A DNA stretch of 64,000 bases from a virus: IMG/VR virus record IMGVR_UViG_3300027131_000001; one strand, written 5' to 3'. Within the stretch, counting starts at the first letter, position 1. Every line of letters begins with the position of its first letter. This document shows positions 7,680-16,585 of the stretch, one piece after another. The notes under the pieces were generated by a model. That model was given only the letters and a program-made list of their open reading frames with translations, was not told the origin of the DNA and did no database searches. Position numbers and translations under genes: made by a program.

Positions 7680-9706
7680 CTATTGATTATCCGATATCCA
7701 ATCCGGCTTGTCAACCTCTACTGCCCAATTAACAACTGTCCAGTCATCAATGCAATCTTTATCGTTTACAAAGTCACCTTTGCCACCTTTAACCATCATC
7801 TCAGTCCAGTAGGGGAAGTAGGAGGCGAGGATCTGTTTCTCTGAATAAATCTCAACAACATCCTGACCCCACTTACCGACAGAAGAGATTTTGTAGTATT
7901 TCATTATTCATCTTTCGATTCCTAGATTAAACATCCATTGCACATTGATATGTCCGCTCTTCATCACAATCACACAGTGTTTCATAGTCTCCGTTAATTT
8001 CTGCTGCATACGGGCAATAGTGGAGATTGGAAACTTGAACAGGATCTTCACGCTCTGCTATTCCGAAATGATCAAGAACATATCGACCAATAGAGTCGTG
8101 CGCATGGTTCTGTTGATGGATTGTTGCAATGTCAGCACATTCCCGAACAATCAACGCGGCAAATTTTTGTTCGAACTCTTCAGGAGAAGTATAACACCAG
8201 CTATCTCCCATAGGCTTTTTTCTTGCCTCATCTGCAAGTTGTTTAATTCGTTGCTTCGCTTCGTTCATTTTTAATTACCTCAATTGCAGTTCTTTAGGTA
8301 CTTGTAATAATCTTCATCAGTCTGATAGGTGTATGCAGTGCCTTCGGCAGTAATGCAATGAGGACCAGGAGACTTACCTGGTTCAAACTCATACAAGAAC
8401 CACTTTACATCTTCCGCCATATCACCGAATAAAGATTCAATTAATATATTCTTTTGCATATCTAATCCGTTGACGTATATGTTATCAAACAATACTGAAT
8501 TGATGTCACTGGGAATTGTCTGGATATATTTGTCACCTTGATTATCCAGCTCTCTTAGTTTGCGGACAACGTTGATTAATTGTTCGTTCATGGGTTATTG
8601 GTCCTATCGCAAATTACTTTGTATTCAATCATTTTCAAGACCAACTTAAATTCTATTGAATTGATTCCAATTGGCTCAGAAACTTTTTCTTTGATTAGTT
8701 CGTGTCGTCCTTCGGTATTTGTTCTACCAAGCAAGACACCATCATAATACACTTCCCATTCGTATCTATCGTCAATCATTCTTCAACTCCGAAATGTTGT
8801 TTGATAGCAGTAACATATAAATTGCTTTGATACGCTCCGGCTGCTTTTTCTTCGTATGATGCCCCTTCGTTCATACACGCCTGGAAACATTCCTGAAGTA
8901 TCAACTCGGCAAACTTTTCCATCCAAGCCATACTAACAAGTGGAAATGCTTCCTTTGATGCCTGTTCGGCAAGTTGTTTGATTCGTTGCTTCGCCTGCTT
9001 GGCTTCATTCATGCATTCTTCTCTTTCAGCTTGGCTTTCCAAGTCTGCAATGGTTTGCTTACCTGCTTGGATAGCGGCATCACCTTTTGTTATTTCCCCA
9101 TCCCAAGCACCCTCTAATAGATAAGTTTCTCGATGCTTATCACCATAAGTTTGCAACGCATCCACCAACTGATTCAATACTTCAATCATATCATCTCTCC
9201 CTTGACCTTGACATTATCATTGACGTTTGTTGTTCAGTCAACTCGCACGTCTCATCTATTATAACCTGATGATAGGTGCGCCCCATTATTCTATCCGGAC
9301 TTACTTGTGATGACGACATAAACTGATATATTGTACCTTCTAATTCAATAGTCAGTTCATTCAAGGACGCTCTTGCAATTGCATTACCGTAGAGCTCTAT
9401 CATATCACGGAACTGCCTTTTGGCAGATTCAAAGTTATGACATACTGTTAGAACACGGTTCATTTACTATGATATCTTACTAATCAAGAATTGCTTATAG
9501 GAAGAAGGGACACTTGTCTCATAGCCAGACTTACCAGCATTGTACCGGTGAACTGTCCTTTCCTTTACAGGACGCAATCCGCTTTCTTCTCTGTACTGAT
9601 TAAACTTTGTTGTCAGTAATCTGAGGCCGTAGTACCGCTCAAAGTACCTGCCTACAAAACGTGGATGAAATCTCATATTAACTCCTTTGCTTCTATACAC
9701 TTCCAA
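7680..9706 (-). CDS. cluster of short hypothetical proteins (7680-7904, 7927-8268, 8280-8591, 8588-8779, 8776-9189, 9191-9463, 9467-9706)
   Basis: Packed ORFs with overlapping start/stop codons; two carry MNEAKQRIKQLA...KFA(A/E)LI-x-x-EC...HFG. Confidence 0.65.
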
Positions 9707-9911
9707 CCAGTAGGCGTATTGACGAGCACTCCACCTTGCTGATCACATTTATCTGTCTTATCGCCCCCCACATACCCGTACACAACAGACATCATCAATA
9801 AAAATGCTGCAGGTAACAGCATCCACATATTATCTCTGGTAAACATATCGACCCTTTTACGTAGTTTTTTGCTAAAAATAATTTTTTGTGAGAATGGATT
9901 TAGAATCGTTC

Positions 9912-10080
9912 AGGGTAAATTGGCCCCCGGCAGCATTATTATTGCGGTGCAGAGGCGTTCTATACCCTTTCGAATACTAGGCCGTAGTTGATTAGGGCCA
10001 ACCGGAACCAAAAGGCCCCCCGGCCCCTGTGCTTAGGGGCTAGGAAGGCTGCAGTGGGCCTCAGCGAGAGGCCTTACTGC
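9912..10080. other. GC-rich non-coding element of four consecutive inverted repeats
   Basis: Stems 9912-9917/9963-9968, 9995-9999/10014-10018, 10023-10028/10035-10040 and 10051-10062/10068-10080; flanked by A/T tracts at about 9865-9887. Confidence 0.6.
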
Positions 10081-10089
10081 GCAAGGGCC

Positions 10090-10227
10090 TCAGCGTGTAA
10101 GCTGCGCAACCATGCTAGCAAAGACTGCACACTTAGTGCTCATCTTAGGTGGGTTAACCAGCAACTGTATAGCTATCCGGGTCATGGCGTATGTCTCAGT
10201 GTCCGGTGTTAGTACTTCTGTGTTCAT
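10090..10227 (-). CDS. 45-aa hypothetical protein (not in ORF track)
   Basis: MNTEVLTPDTETYAMTRIAIQLLVNPPKMSTKCAVFASMVAQLTR with AAGGA RBS, coupled to the upstream ORF by ATGA. Confidence 0.5.
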   Translation of the reverse strand: MNTEVLTPDTETYAMTRIAIQLLVNPPKMSTKCAVFASMVAQLTR

Positions 10228-10349
10228 TGTGCTTCCTTAACGATTGTTTGTACCTTCTCTACGCCTCTGTCAGCAATGCTAGCTACTCCACTGAAGCCAA
10301 CAGTAGCTACTATTACTCCTGATATGAATGCAATCAAATGTGTTAACAT
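10224..10349 (-). CDS. 41-aa membrane peptide (not in ORF track)
   Basis: MLTHLIAFISGVIVATVGFSGVASIADRGVEKVQTIVKEAQ with AGGAG RBS, downstream of a consensus promoter. Confidence 0.65.
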   Translation of the reverse strand: MLTHLIAFISGVIVATVGFSGVASIADRGVEKVQTIVKEAQ

Positions 10350-10387
10350 ACTGTGCTCCTAATAGCTTATCGGTTGCCCACAACGGG

Positions 10388-10416
10388 ATTATATAGAGAC
10401 CACCTGCTGATGTCAA
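10388..10416 (-). promoter_or_regulatory. perfect consensus sigma70 promoter
   Basis: TTGACA-N17-TATAAT. Confidence 0.9.
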
Positions 10417-10431
10417 CAGGGGCCTTCTATG

Positions 10432-10863
10432 TCACTTCGCTAACTTCTTAGCGTTGTAGAAGTAAGTAGTAGCTCCTGCATCACTCATGGACAGTTCGTC
10501 CTTGATAGCTGCAATCACTGCTGCTTTGTCACCACCCAAGCGCTTGAAGATCTCCAGCGCACGGTCAGCCTTAGTAGGGCCAGAAGCACGTGGTGCCTTG
10601 GGTTCCTTGGCTACCTTAGGTGCCTTCTCAGCCTTGGCTACTGATGAGCTTGCTGCACGGCGCTGTGCCACATCGTACTCGTTTTGTTGAAAAGCGTTCA
10701 TTGTCTGCATGTTCTTCATCCTAAATTTAACAGGGCGTGCCTGCTTGTCTTCCGGAAACCCCGGATACGGTTTGCCGGCTTCCCGGCTATTATCGACCAG
10801 CCACACATTGTAGTGAGCCAGTTTACGATCCAAATAAGCGTTGTAGGTGTTGTGATCCATCAT
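10432..10863 (-). CDS. early protein, HYNxW/YPGFPE domain plus Lys/Ala linker plus small helical C-terminal domain
   Basis: KAEKAPKVAKEPKAP linker; C-terminal TKADRALEIF...AGATTYFYNAKK. Confidence 0.7.
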   Translation of the reverse strand: MMDHNTYNAYLDRKLAHYNVWLVDNSREAGKPYPGFPEDKQARPVKFRMKNMQTMNAFQQNEYDVAQRRAASSSVAKAEKAPKVAKEPKAPRASGPTKADRALEIFKRLGGDKAAVIAAIKDELSMSDAGATTYFYNAKKLAK

Positions 10864-11716
10864 GACTCCATTATCTCCTGGTCTTGGTCAGAAGTCAACA
10901 TGTACGACACCTGATTGACCAACTTTAAACTCTCTGCACGGGAGAGGCCATACATGTCCTGCATCCCGTCAATGATGCTGGAGATATCACAGCCTGCGAA
11001 CAATGCTTGTTCAATATCCAGTGCTAAGTCAGACATTTTGCTCATTTTCATTCCTCTATTAGTTTCAAAATTGTTGATCGTTCTTGTACTACGAAAGAGC
11101 CAGTCAGCCCCTCACGGGTTAACACAACCTTGCCGTCTACTGGATCACTTACCACAACGTATTGCTTACCGTTGTATGTCACAGCTGCCCCTGCAACGAA
11201 TTCAGTAGACATACATCTGCAGGGAGGGGTCAAGCTGCAACAGCTGCGCAACAGCCTTGTTCAGGAACTTCAAGCGTTCAAGCACTTGCGCACGGGGAAG
11301 TTCACCATCACAAGTCAGGTTCTCCGGCGACAAGTCAGCGTCGAGTGCCTCAGCAATACGCTGACGGTCTGCAGCAGACTCCAGATCATAGCAGGGGTTG
11401 TTGAAAATTAAGTTCCAACGATTCTTGTTTTCAACGTACTGTTTCAGGTCTTTCATGCCATCACCTCATCAGCCAACAGCTCAGCAGACTGACGTTGATC
11501 CATCATCTCGGACAGTATATACTTGGCGATGTTCATATTCTGGCGACTTTGGTCCAAAGCCTGAGCATTGCCAAAGCTCTGCAGCTCCTGTGCATCAGAC
11601 AACAAGCTCATCACAACCATCTCCAAGCCGCAGCGCTTTGCAGTCATCGATTGCAAATACTGGACACGAATGTCTGCAGTAGACATTCCGTAGCAGTTCT
11701 TTTCAAATTCAGTCAT
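10860..11716 (-). CDS. early operon of short proteins (10860-11051, 11048-~11215, 11202-11456, 11453-11716)
   Basis: Coupled ORFs with GGAG RBSs; LSPENLTCDGELP motif in 11202..11456. Confidence 0.7.
10870..10898 (-). promoter_or_regulatory. sigma70 promoter embedded in the 3' end of ORF 10860..11051
   Basis: TTGACT-N17-GATAAT-GGAGTC-ATG. Confidence 0.75.
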
Positions 11717-11736
11717 TGTGTTCTCCGTTGTTGTAT

Positions 11737-11801
11737 GACCCCATTATCTCTCCAATCAGACCTTTGGTCAACGATATAATATAGCACTTTCAGCTAAGAA
11801 T
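11737..11801 (-). promoter_or_regulatory. early promoter cassette copy 1
   Basis: ATTCTTAGC-N21-TTGACC-N17-GATAAT-GGGGTC. Confidence 0.85.
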
Positions 11802-11810
11802 TGCGCAATA

Positions 11811-12155
11811 TTATATCCCACTTTTACTCTCTGCAATGGCTATATGTTTGCACTCTCCTCTGTACTTGAACCCGGTGCAGCTACATTGTTTCCTGAATAG
11901 ATCAACAAAGTACACATCACCCTTACTTCCTGCAACCTCAACAACCTTACTGGAAACATCTGCATCACTACCTAAGTCATCTACTAGCTTGAATGTCCGA
12001 CCTCTGATATCTAACCGCAGCGGTGTACGGAATCTAGTCACAGGTCCTACAGAGAACTTACGCATTCCTATCGCTATTCCTGTATCATTCAGCAAGTAAC
12101 TATGATTAGGCATCTTTGCACCAGCAAATTCAGTCGTCTCCATCACTAGCTTCAT
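11811..12155 (-). CDS. SWIM zinc-finger protein
   Basis: GSKGDVYFV...CSCTGFKYRGECKH (CxC-x8-CxH). Confidence 0.8.
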   Translation of the reverse strand: MKLVMETTEFAGAKMPNHSYLLNDTGIAIGMRKFSVGPVTRFRTPLRLDIRGRTFKLVDDLGSDADVSSKVVEVAGSKGDVYFVDLFRKQCSCTGFKYRGECKHIAIAESKSGI

Positions 12156-12226
12156 ATTCCAGTCCTTTTTTCTAGGTGCGGTTGTATAAAATATCGCGAA
12201 TTCGCTATTCTACGCTATTTTATATC

Positions 12227-13320
12227 TCAATTCTCTGACATTACGATATTTGTAGGCACAGTCTTATCGGCTGGCTTGATACGGTTACCATCTATGTCAA
12301 TTCTTGGCTCATAGAACCTAATGAACCCTTCATATTCCAACTGAGACTGCTCAAACTGAGACATATAGTCGTCATCTTCAATAGCAAAGTTGATGATTGT
12401 CTCTGTCATATAATCTGAGATTGACTCAATATTAGGCAGCATTGATTCAACGATCATACGAACCTTCTTAGTAAAGAAGTCATCGTTAGGGGAGAGATAG
12501 TGTTCCAGGTCATCTAGAATGTACTCGGAACCACCCTTATTCTTCCAGTATTGTGGTACTGAACCAACACCGTTCCAATCATGTGCACCGTAGTTCTCTC
12601 TTACCTGTGTGATAATAACTAATTTCATTTTAAACGCTCTCTGGTTAAAGTAAGACGAATACGGCCATTAACGATACGGCGTATAGTTAGTAGGTTTGAA
12701 GTGATGCGAAAGACTCTAATCATAATTACTCTCCCATTGCAGCAATGTAACGAATTACTGGATTCCAGCCAATATCTCTACCCAAAGATGCCATCATTAA
12801 CGCATGGTTGAGTGCCTTCTTCTGACCGATTTCAGCGACGAGTTGTTCGCAGTACATTGAAATTTGTTGTGATGTCATCTTATTCTCCAATTAACCGAAA
12901 TAACATTCAACAGCATCGTCAATATTCTCAGAGAATACATCGTCGTACAAACCAGTAACGTCCTGTAAGAAGAACTTCTGCAATTCTTTCTTAGATGGCT
13001 CTTTTCCAGATACTTCCAATGCTAATTCCTTGACCAAGTTAATAGCTTCTGCTGAAATTTCAATCGTGATCTTCATATCATGCTCCTTTGAATGCATTAA
13101 CCAAACCAGCAAACCCGATAACCAACGAAATAACATTAACAAATGCCTGTGGGTAGTTTGTTACCCTCATCGACCAGACCAGGAATAGTATTGCGCCAAT
13201 CGCAAATACTACAATATTGTACGGATACATCGCTGGTCCAATTGCATTAAGAATATGACCTGTCACAATAGTAACAGCTCCTACCCACTGAATAATGTTG
13301 TTTGTCTTTTCTGTTGTCAT
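12227..13320 (-). CDS. short early proteins (12227-12628, ~12891-13076, 13078-13320 membrane protein)
   Basis: ENYGAHDW...QYWKNKGG motif; 13078..13320 has about 3 hydrophobic segments. Confidence 0.7.
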
Positions 13321-13385
13321 GTCCCCATTATCCCGTCAATCTGGTCTTTGGACAACGGTCTAATGTAGGACAATTGGCTAAGAAT
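13321..13385 (-). promoter_or_regulatory. early promoter cassette copy 2
   Basis: ATTCTTAGC-N21-TTGTCC-N17-GATAAT-GGGGAC-ATG. Confidence 0.85.
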
Positions 13386-13397
13386 TGATAAGGACAA

Positions 13398-14055
13398 TTA
13401 CTTAGGAATCCGAATGATGATAGCACCACGGCGGTAGTTTGATGGATCATTGGTCAAGTGCGAAGTGATACCTTTGTATCCATTGTCTTGTAGTAACTTA
13501 ACAATAGATGACTTGATCTCGACGTCGCCTCCGTTTCCTGTACGGTATGCCTTAACAGTATGACAATCGTTGTAACTGTTAGTGTACACAGTCTTACGGC
13601 CTAATGCATAGAATGCACGGCGAGCCAACAAAGTTGCAGGAATCATTGCCTGTAATGCTACTTCTCTCATACTGACTCCTCATTCAATTCATCTTGACAA
13701 TCCTGACACATCTCTTCCCCATCAAGCATGCGAAAAAGGTTCTTTGGTTTCTGCGTCTTGCAAAATAGACACACTTTTACTGTGCCCAAGTAAGCCTGAG
13801 TAGAACTGTACCCAGAATTAATAGTACTGTAGACTAATTGTGCCACGATTAAGCGTCCAATACATTTATAAGTTCTGATGAGAGAAAGATGGCACTCTCG
13901 TACACTTCCAATGCCTCATCATAGTCAAATTCGTACTTGTCAATCAATTTGTCCATGATCATATCAGCAGGGACACCATTGAGGTAGTCCTCAACTATCT
14001 CCATAACTAAATCTTTCATCGCACTCATGATATTCTCCTTGTTTTCGTTTGTCAT
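13398..14055 (-). CDS. short early proteins (13398-13670, 13849-14055)
   Basis: GGAG RBSs; 13849 resembles 10860..11051. Confidence 0.65.
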
Positions 14056-14120
14056 GACCCCATTATCATATCAAATTGGACTTTGTACAACGGTTTCAAG
14101 TAGGACTATCAGCTAAGAAT
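14056..14120 (-). promoter_or_regulatory. early promoter cassette copy 3
   Basis: ATTCTTAGC-N21-TTGTAC-N17-GATAAT-GGGGTC-ATG. Confidence 0.85.
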
Positions 14121-14143
14121 TTGTAGCAATTCAGTGCTAGTTT

Positions 14144-15503
14144 CTACATTCCTCTGGAAACCTGTGCTTCCAACTTGTGAGCAGAGATCTTAGTCAATTC
14201 AGCGAACTGTTTGCGTAATTGGTAATTACTTTGCTTCTCATTGATCCTGCTGGGGAGGTTAAGCGATAATTGAATCTGACTGATGAACTTAATCAGCTTC
14301 TCCTTCTCTACACGCTCGTACTCCTCACGGTCAATCACAAGTAACTCCTGCAGGAATCTCTACGTGGCGAAGTACATCAGGCTTGACATATCCGTCTCGT
14401 GCATAACATTCCCAGCTATTCTCATGAAAATTATACAAATACAGATAGTCATACCCCTGTATTGCATCGATCATTGAATCATTGACTTCGTGATCATCAG
14501 GCGTTCCGTCTCCGAACCGTACACACATTCCGTCATGATCGAAGTTACGAATTTGAGGGCCGTGAACAAGCTGTTCGGCTTTGTCTGGAGAAGCATAGTG
14601 CTCCTGCAAAATCTTTCCTGTATGGCTTGGATAACCATCATAATGACTGTAGATTGTAAAGATCCTCTGACCTACTCTATAACCAATCGCTGCTCTTGTA
14701 CTCATATCAACGTCCTAACACAACATAGTCAATAATTCTGTATACGGCAGCCATGCAAGTAAGAATGAACGCTATGAACAAACCTACTTGCGGCACCAAA
14801 CACAAAAACACAATGTAACTTATCAGTAAAAATATTACAGACAGTTTCACTCCAAACGGCATTGCTTTAATTCGTTCAATCATTATACACACCCTTCAAC
14901 AATATTTTTGAAATTTAATTTAGTGAACCCTTGATTGTACGCCCACACAGCACACTTATCTTTGAGCTCACTCTCATCATCGCCACCAAAAGAAACGAGG
15001 CAGTTACGACGATACATCACTTGCACACAACGTGCAGTCTCTGCTGCTCCGAAAGGGCGATATGTCAAAATAGTAGCAGTCTTCTGTTTCATTCTGATTC
15101 TCCGAGTAAAATCTTCTCAATCAAACTAAATTGGTCAGCAGTAATGTTCAACCAATTAGAAGCACCACGATCAGACTGCATCTTCAACATGATCTGACCA
15201 TTTTCTTTCAAGCTGTCCTCACCGAGTGGCAAAGGAGCAACAACTATTAGCTGATTTGCAATATATTCTGTACTCATCTTAGTCCTCCAATGAACGCTGA
15301 ATCAACAAATTAATTACTTCCATCTGCTTGGCAGCAGGAGCATCAACTAACATCGCAGCTAACTGCGACTGGAAAAAGCCTGCAGCATAAGCTAGTCCAC
15401 TAGTCATACCATGACGTTTCTGTGCACTGTAAACCAGCGTACCCAAAAATACATCTATCTGCTCACGTTTCATCTTAGCCATCATGATCTCCTTTGTTTG
15501 CAT
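14144..15503 (-). CDS. early operon of short proteins (14144-14338, 14331-14705, 14707-14892, 14883-15092, 15089-15277, 15279-15503)
   Basis: Coupled ORFs; 14331 has the recurrent MSTRAAIG...YSHYDGYP motif. Confidence 0.7.
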
Positions 15504-15568
15504 GTCCCCATTATCTCTCTGTTTAGACCAAAGAACAACAGTTTTGGTTAGTACTATCAGCTAAGAAT
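15504..15568 (-). promoter_or_regulatory. early promoter cassette copy 4
   Basis: ATTCTTAGC-N21-TTGTTC-N17-GATAAT-GGGGAC-ATG. Confidence 0.85.
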
Positions 15569-15605
15569 CTATAGCAATCTAGTACTAACTTCAAACCGTT
15601 TGATA

Positions 15606-16484
15606 TCAATTAACGAGCATGTATGTTGCCAGGTCTTTCCAGCTACTTCCACCGTCTGTACGGATCTTGGTCACATTGATCAATGTTCTAAGATTGATCT
15701 CTTTTGCAATGTCCTTATTGACTTTCAAGAATTCGAACGCATCCAACTTCTGGATAGAAGAAACAGATGGAAGAAAATTAGCCTCTTTCAGAATGTGCTC
15801 CATACGGTCTATCTTCTGATCAGTAGTCATAGACAGGTCAATACACATCGAACGACTGCGCAAAGCTTGGCTAATCTTGTCCTGTGTCAGGTTACTGATG
15901 AATACTACTCCACCTGTAAACTGAAAAGTACGTGGTAAGTTGTCATCTACGCTGTTTGTATTCCATGAGATGAAACGCTTATCGTATGAGTCCAAAGCAC
16001 CCTTCAACAAGTTGAGAGCATCAGGATCTTTGAGAATAGAGTCGCAATCATCGAAGACGACAATGCTATCTTTGTTCTCGTAAAGTAACTTAAAAAGGCC
16101 TTTCGCTGTCGAAAACCCCTTAATTACTACGAAAGTCTTGTTTCTTTGAACAACTGTACCGTCATCAGCATCTGCAACCATCTCGGTTACATCTTTCAGA
16201 CCAACACTCTTCAGCGAGTTGATTACGGTGTGAGTCTTACCAAGGCCACCTTCGCCAGTAATAACTACGGAAGGAGTAACACGACGAGCAATCATAGACA
16301 CGATCTGCTCAACGAATTGGAAACGCTGATTGATAGGGAATTCCATCGCTTTGTTCTCAGATTGAGGAGCTTCCTCGTAGCCATCGATCTTCTGCTTGAG
16401 ATAGTATTTGTTCTTAGAACGAGCAACTTCTTTGCCTGCAGCGTTGAAAGCGACAAATACACCGTTGATGTTGCGAATTTCCAT
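15606..16484 (-). CDS. AAA-type P-loop ATPase
   Basis: GEGGLGKT, VVFDDCD, LNLLKGALD and ALRSR. Confidence 0.85.
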   Translation of the reverse strand: MEIRNINGVFVAFNAAGKEVARSKNKYYLKQKIDGYEEAPQSENKAMEFPINQRFQFVEQIVSMIARRVTPSVVITGEGGLGKTHTVINSLKSVGLKDVTEMVADADDGTVVQRNKTFVVIKGFSTAKGLFKLLYENKDSIVVFDDCDSILKDPDALNLLKGALDSYDKRFISWNTNSVDDNLPRTFQFTGGVVFISNLTQDKISQALRSRSMCIDLSMTTDQKIDRMEHILKEANFLPSVSSIQKLDAFEFLKVNKDIAKEINLRTLINVTKIRTDGGSSWKDLATYMLVN

Positions 16485-16504
16485 GTTAGCTCCTGTTGTT
16501 CAAT

Positions 16505-16569
16505 GACCCCAGTATACTATGAAACATCGCACCTTACAACGGTGTTTTGTACAACTTATGGCTAAGAAT
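16505..16569 (-). promoter_or_regulatory. early promoter cassette copy 5
   Basis: ATTCTTAGC-N21-TTGTAA-N17-TATACT-GGGGTC. Confidence 0.85.
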
Positions 16570-16585
16570 TTATAAGGAAAAAGTG

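Noticed and set aside
9191-9463. Terminase or helicase call from GRTYHQVIIDE
   Set aside because: Only 90 aa with a Walker B-like segment and no Walker A; at most a fragment
9988-10212. 74-aa plus-strand ORF over the GC-rich element
   Set aside because: TTG start, no RBS, antisense to a coupled minus-strand ORF; likely a by-product of local GC richness
11737-16569. Repeated cassettes as a CRISPR array or mobile-element ends
   Set aside because: Copies are 0.7-1.6 kb apart, degenerate, and coincide with -35/-10 boxes; no cas or transposase genes are present
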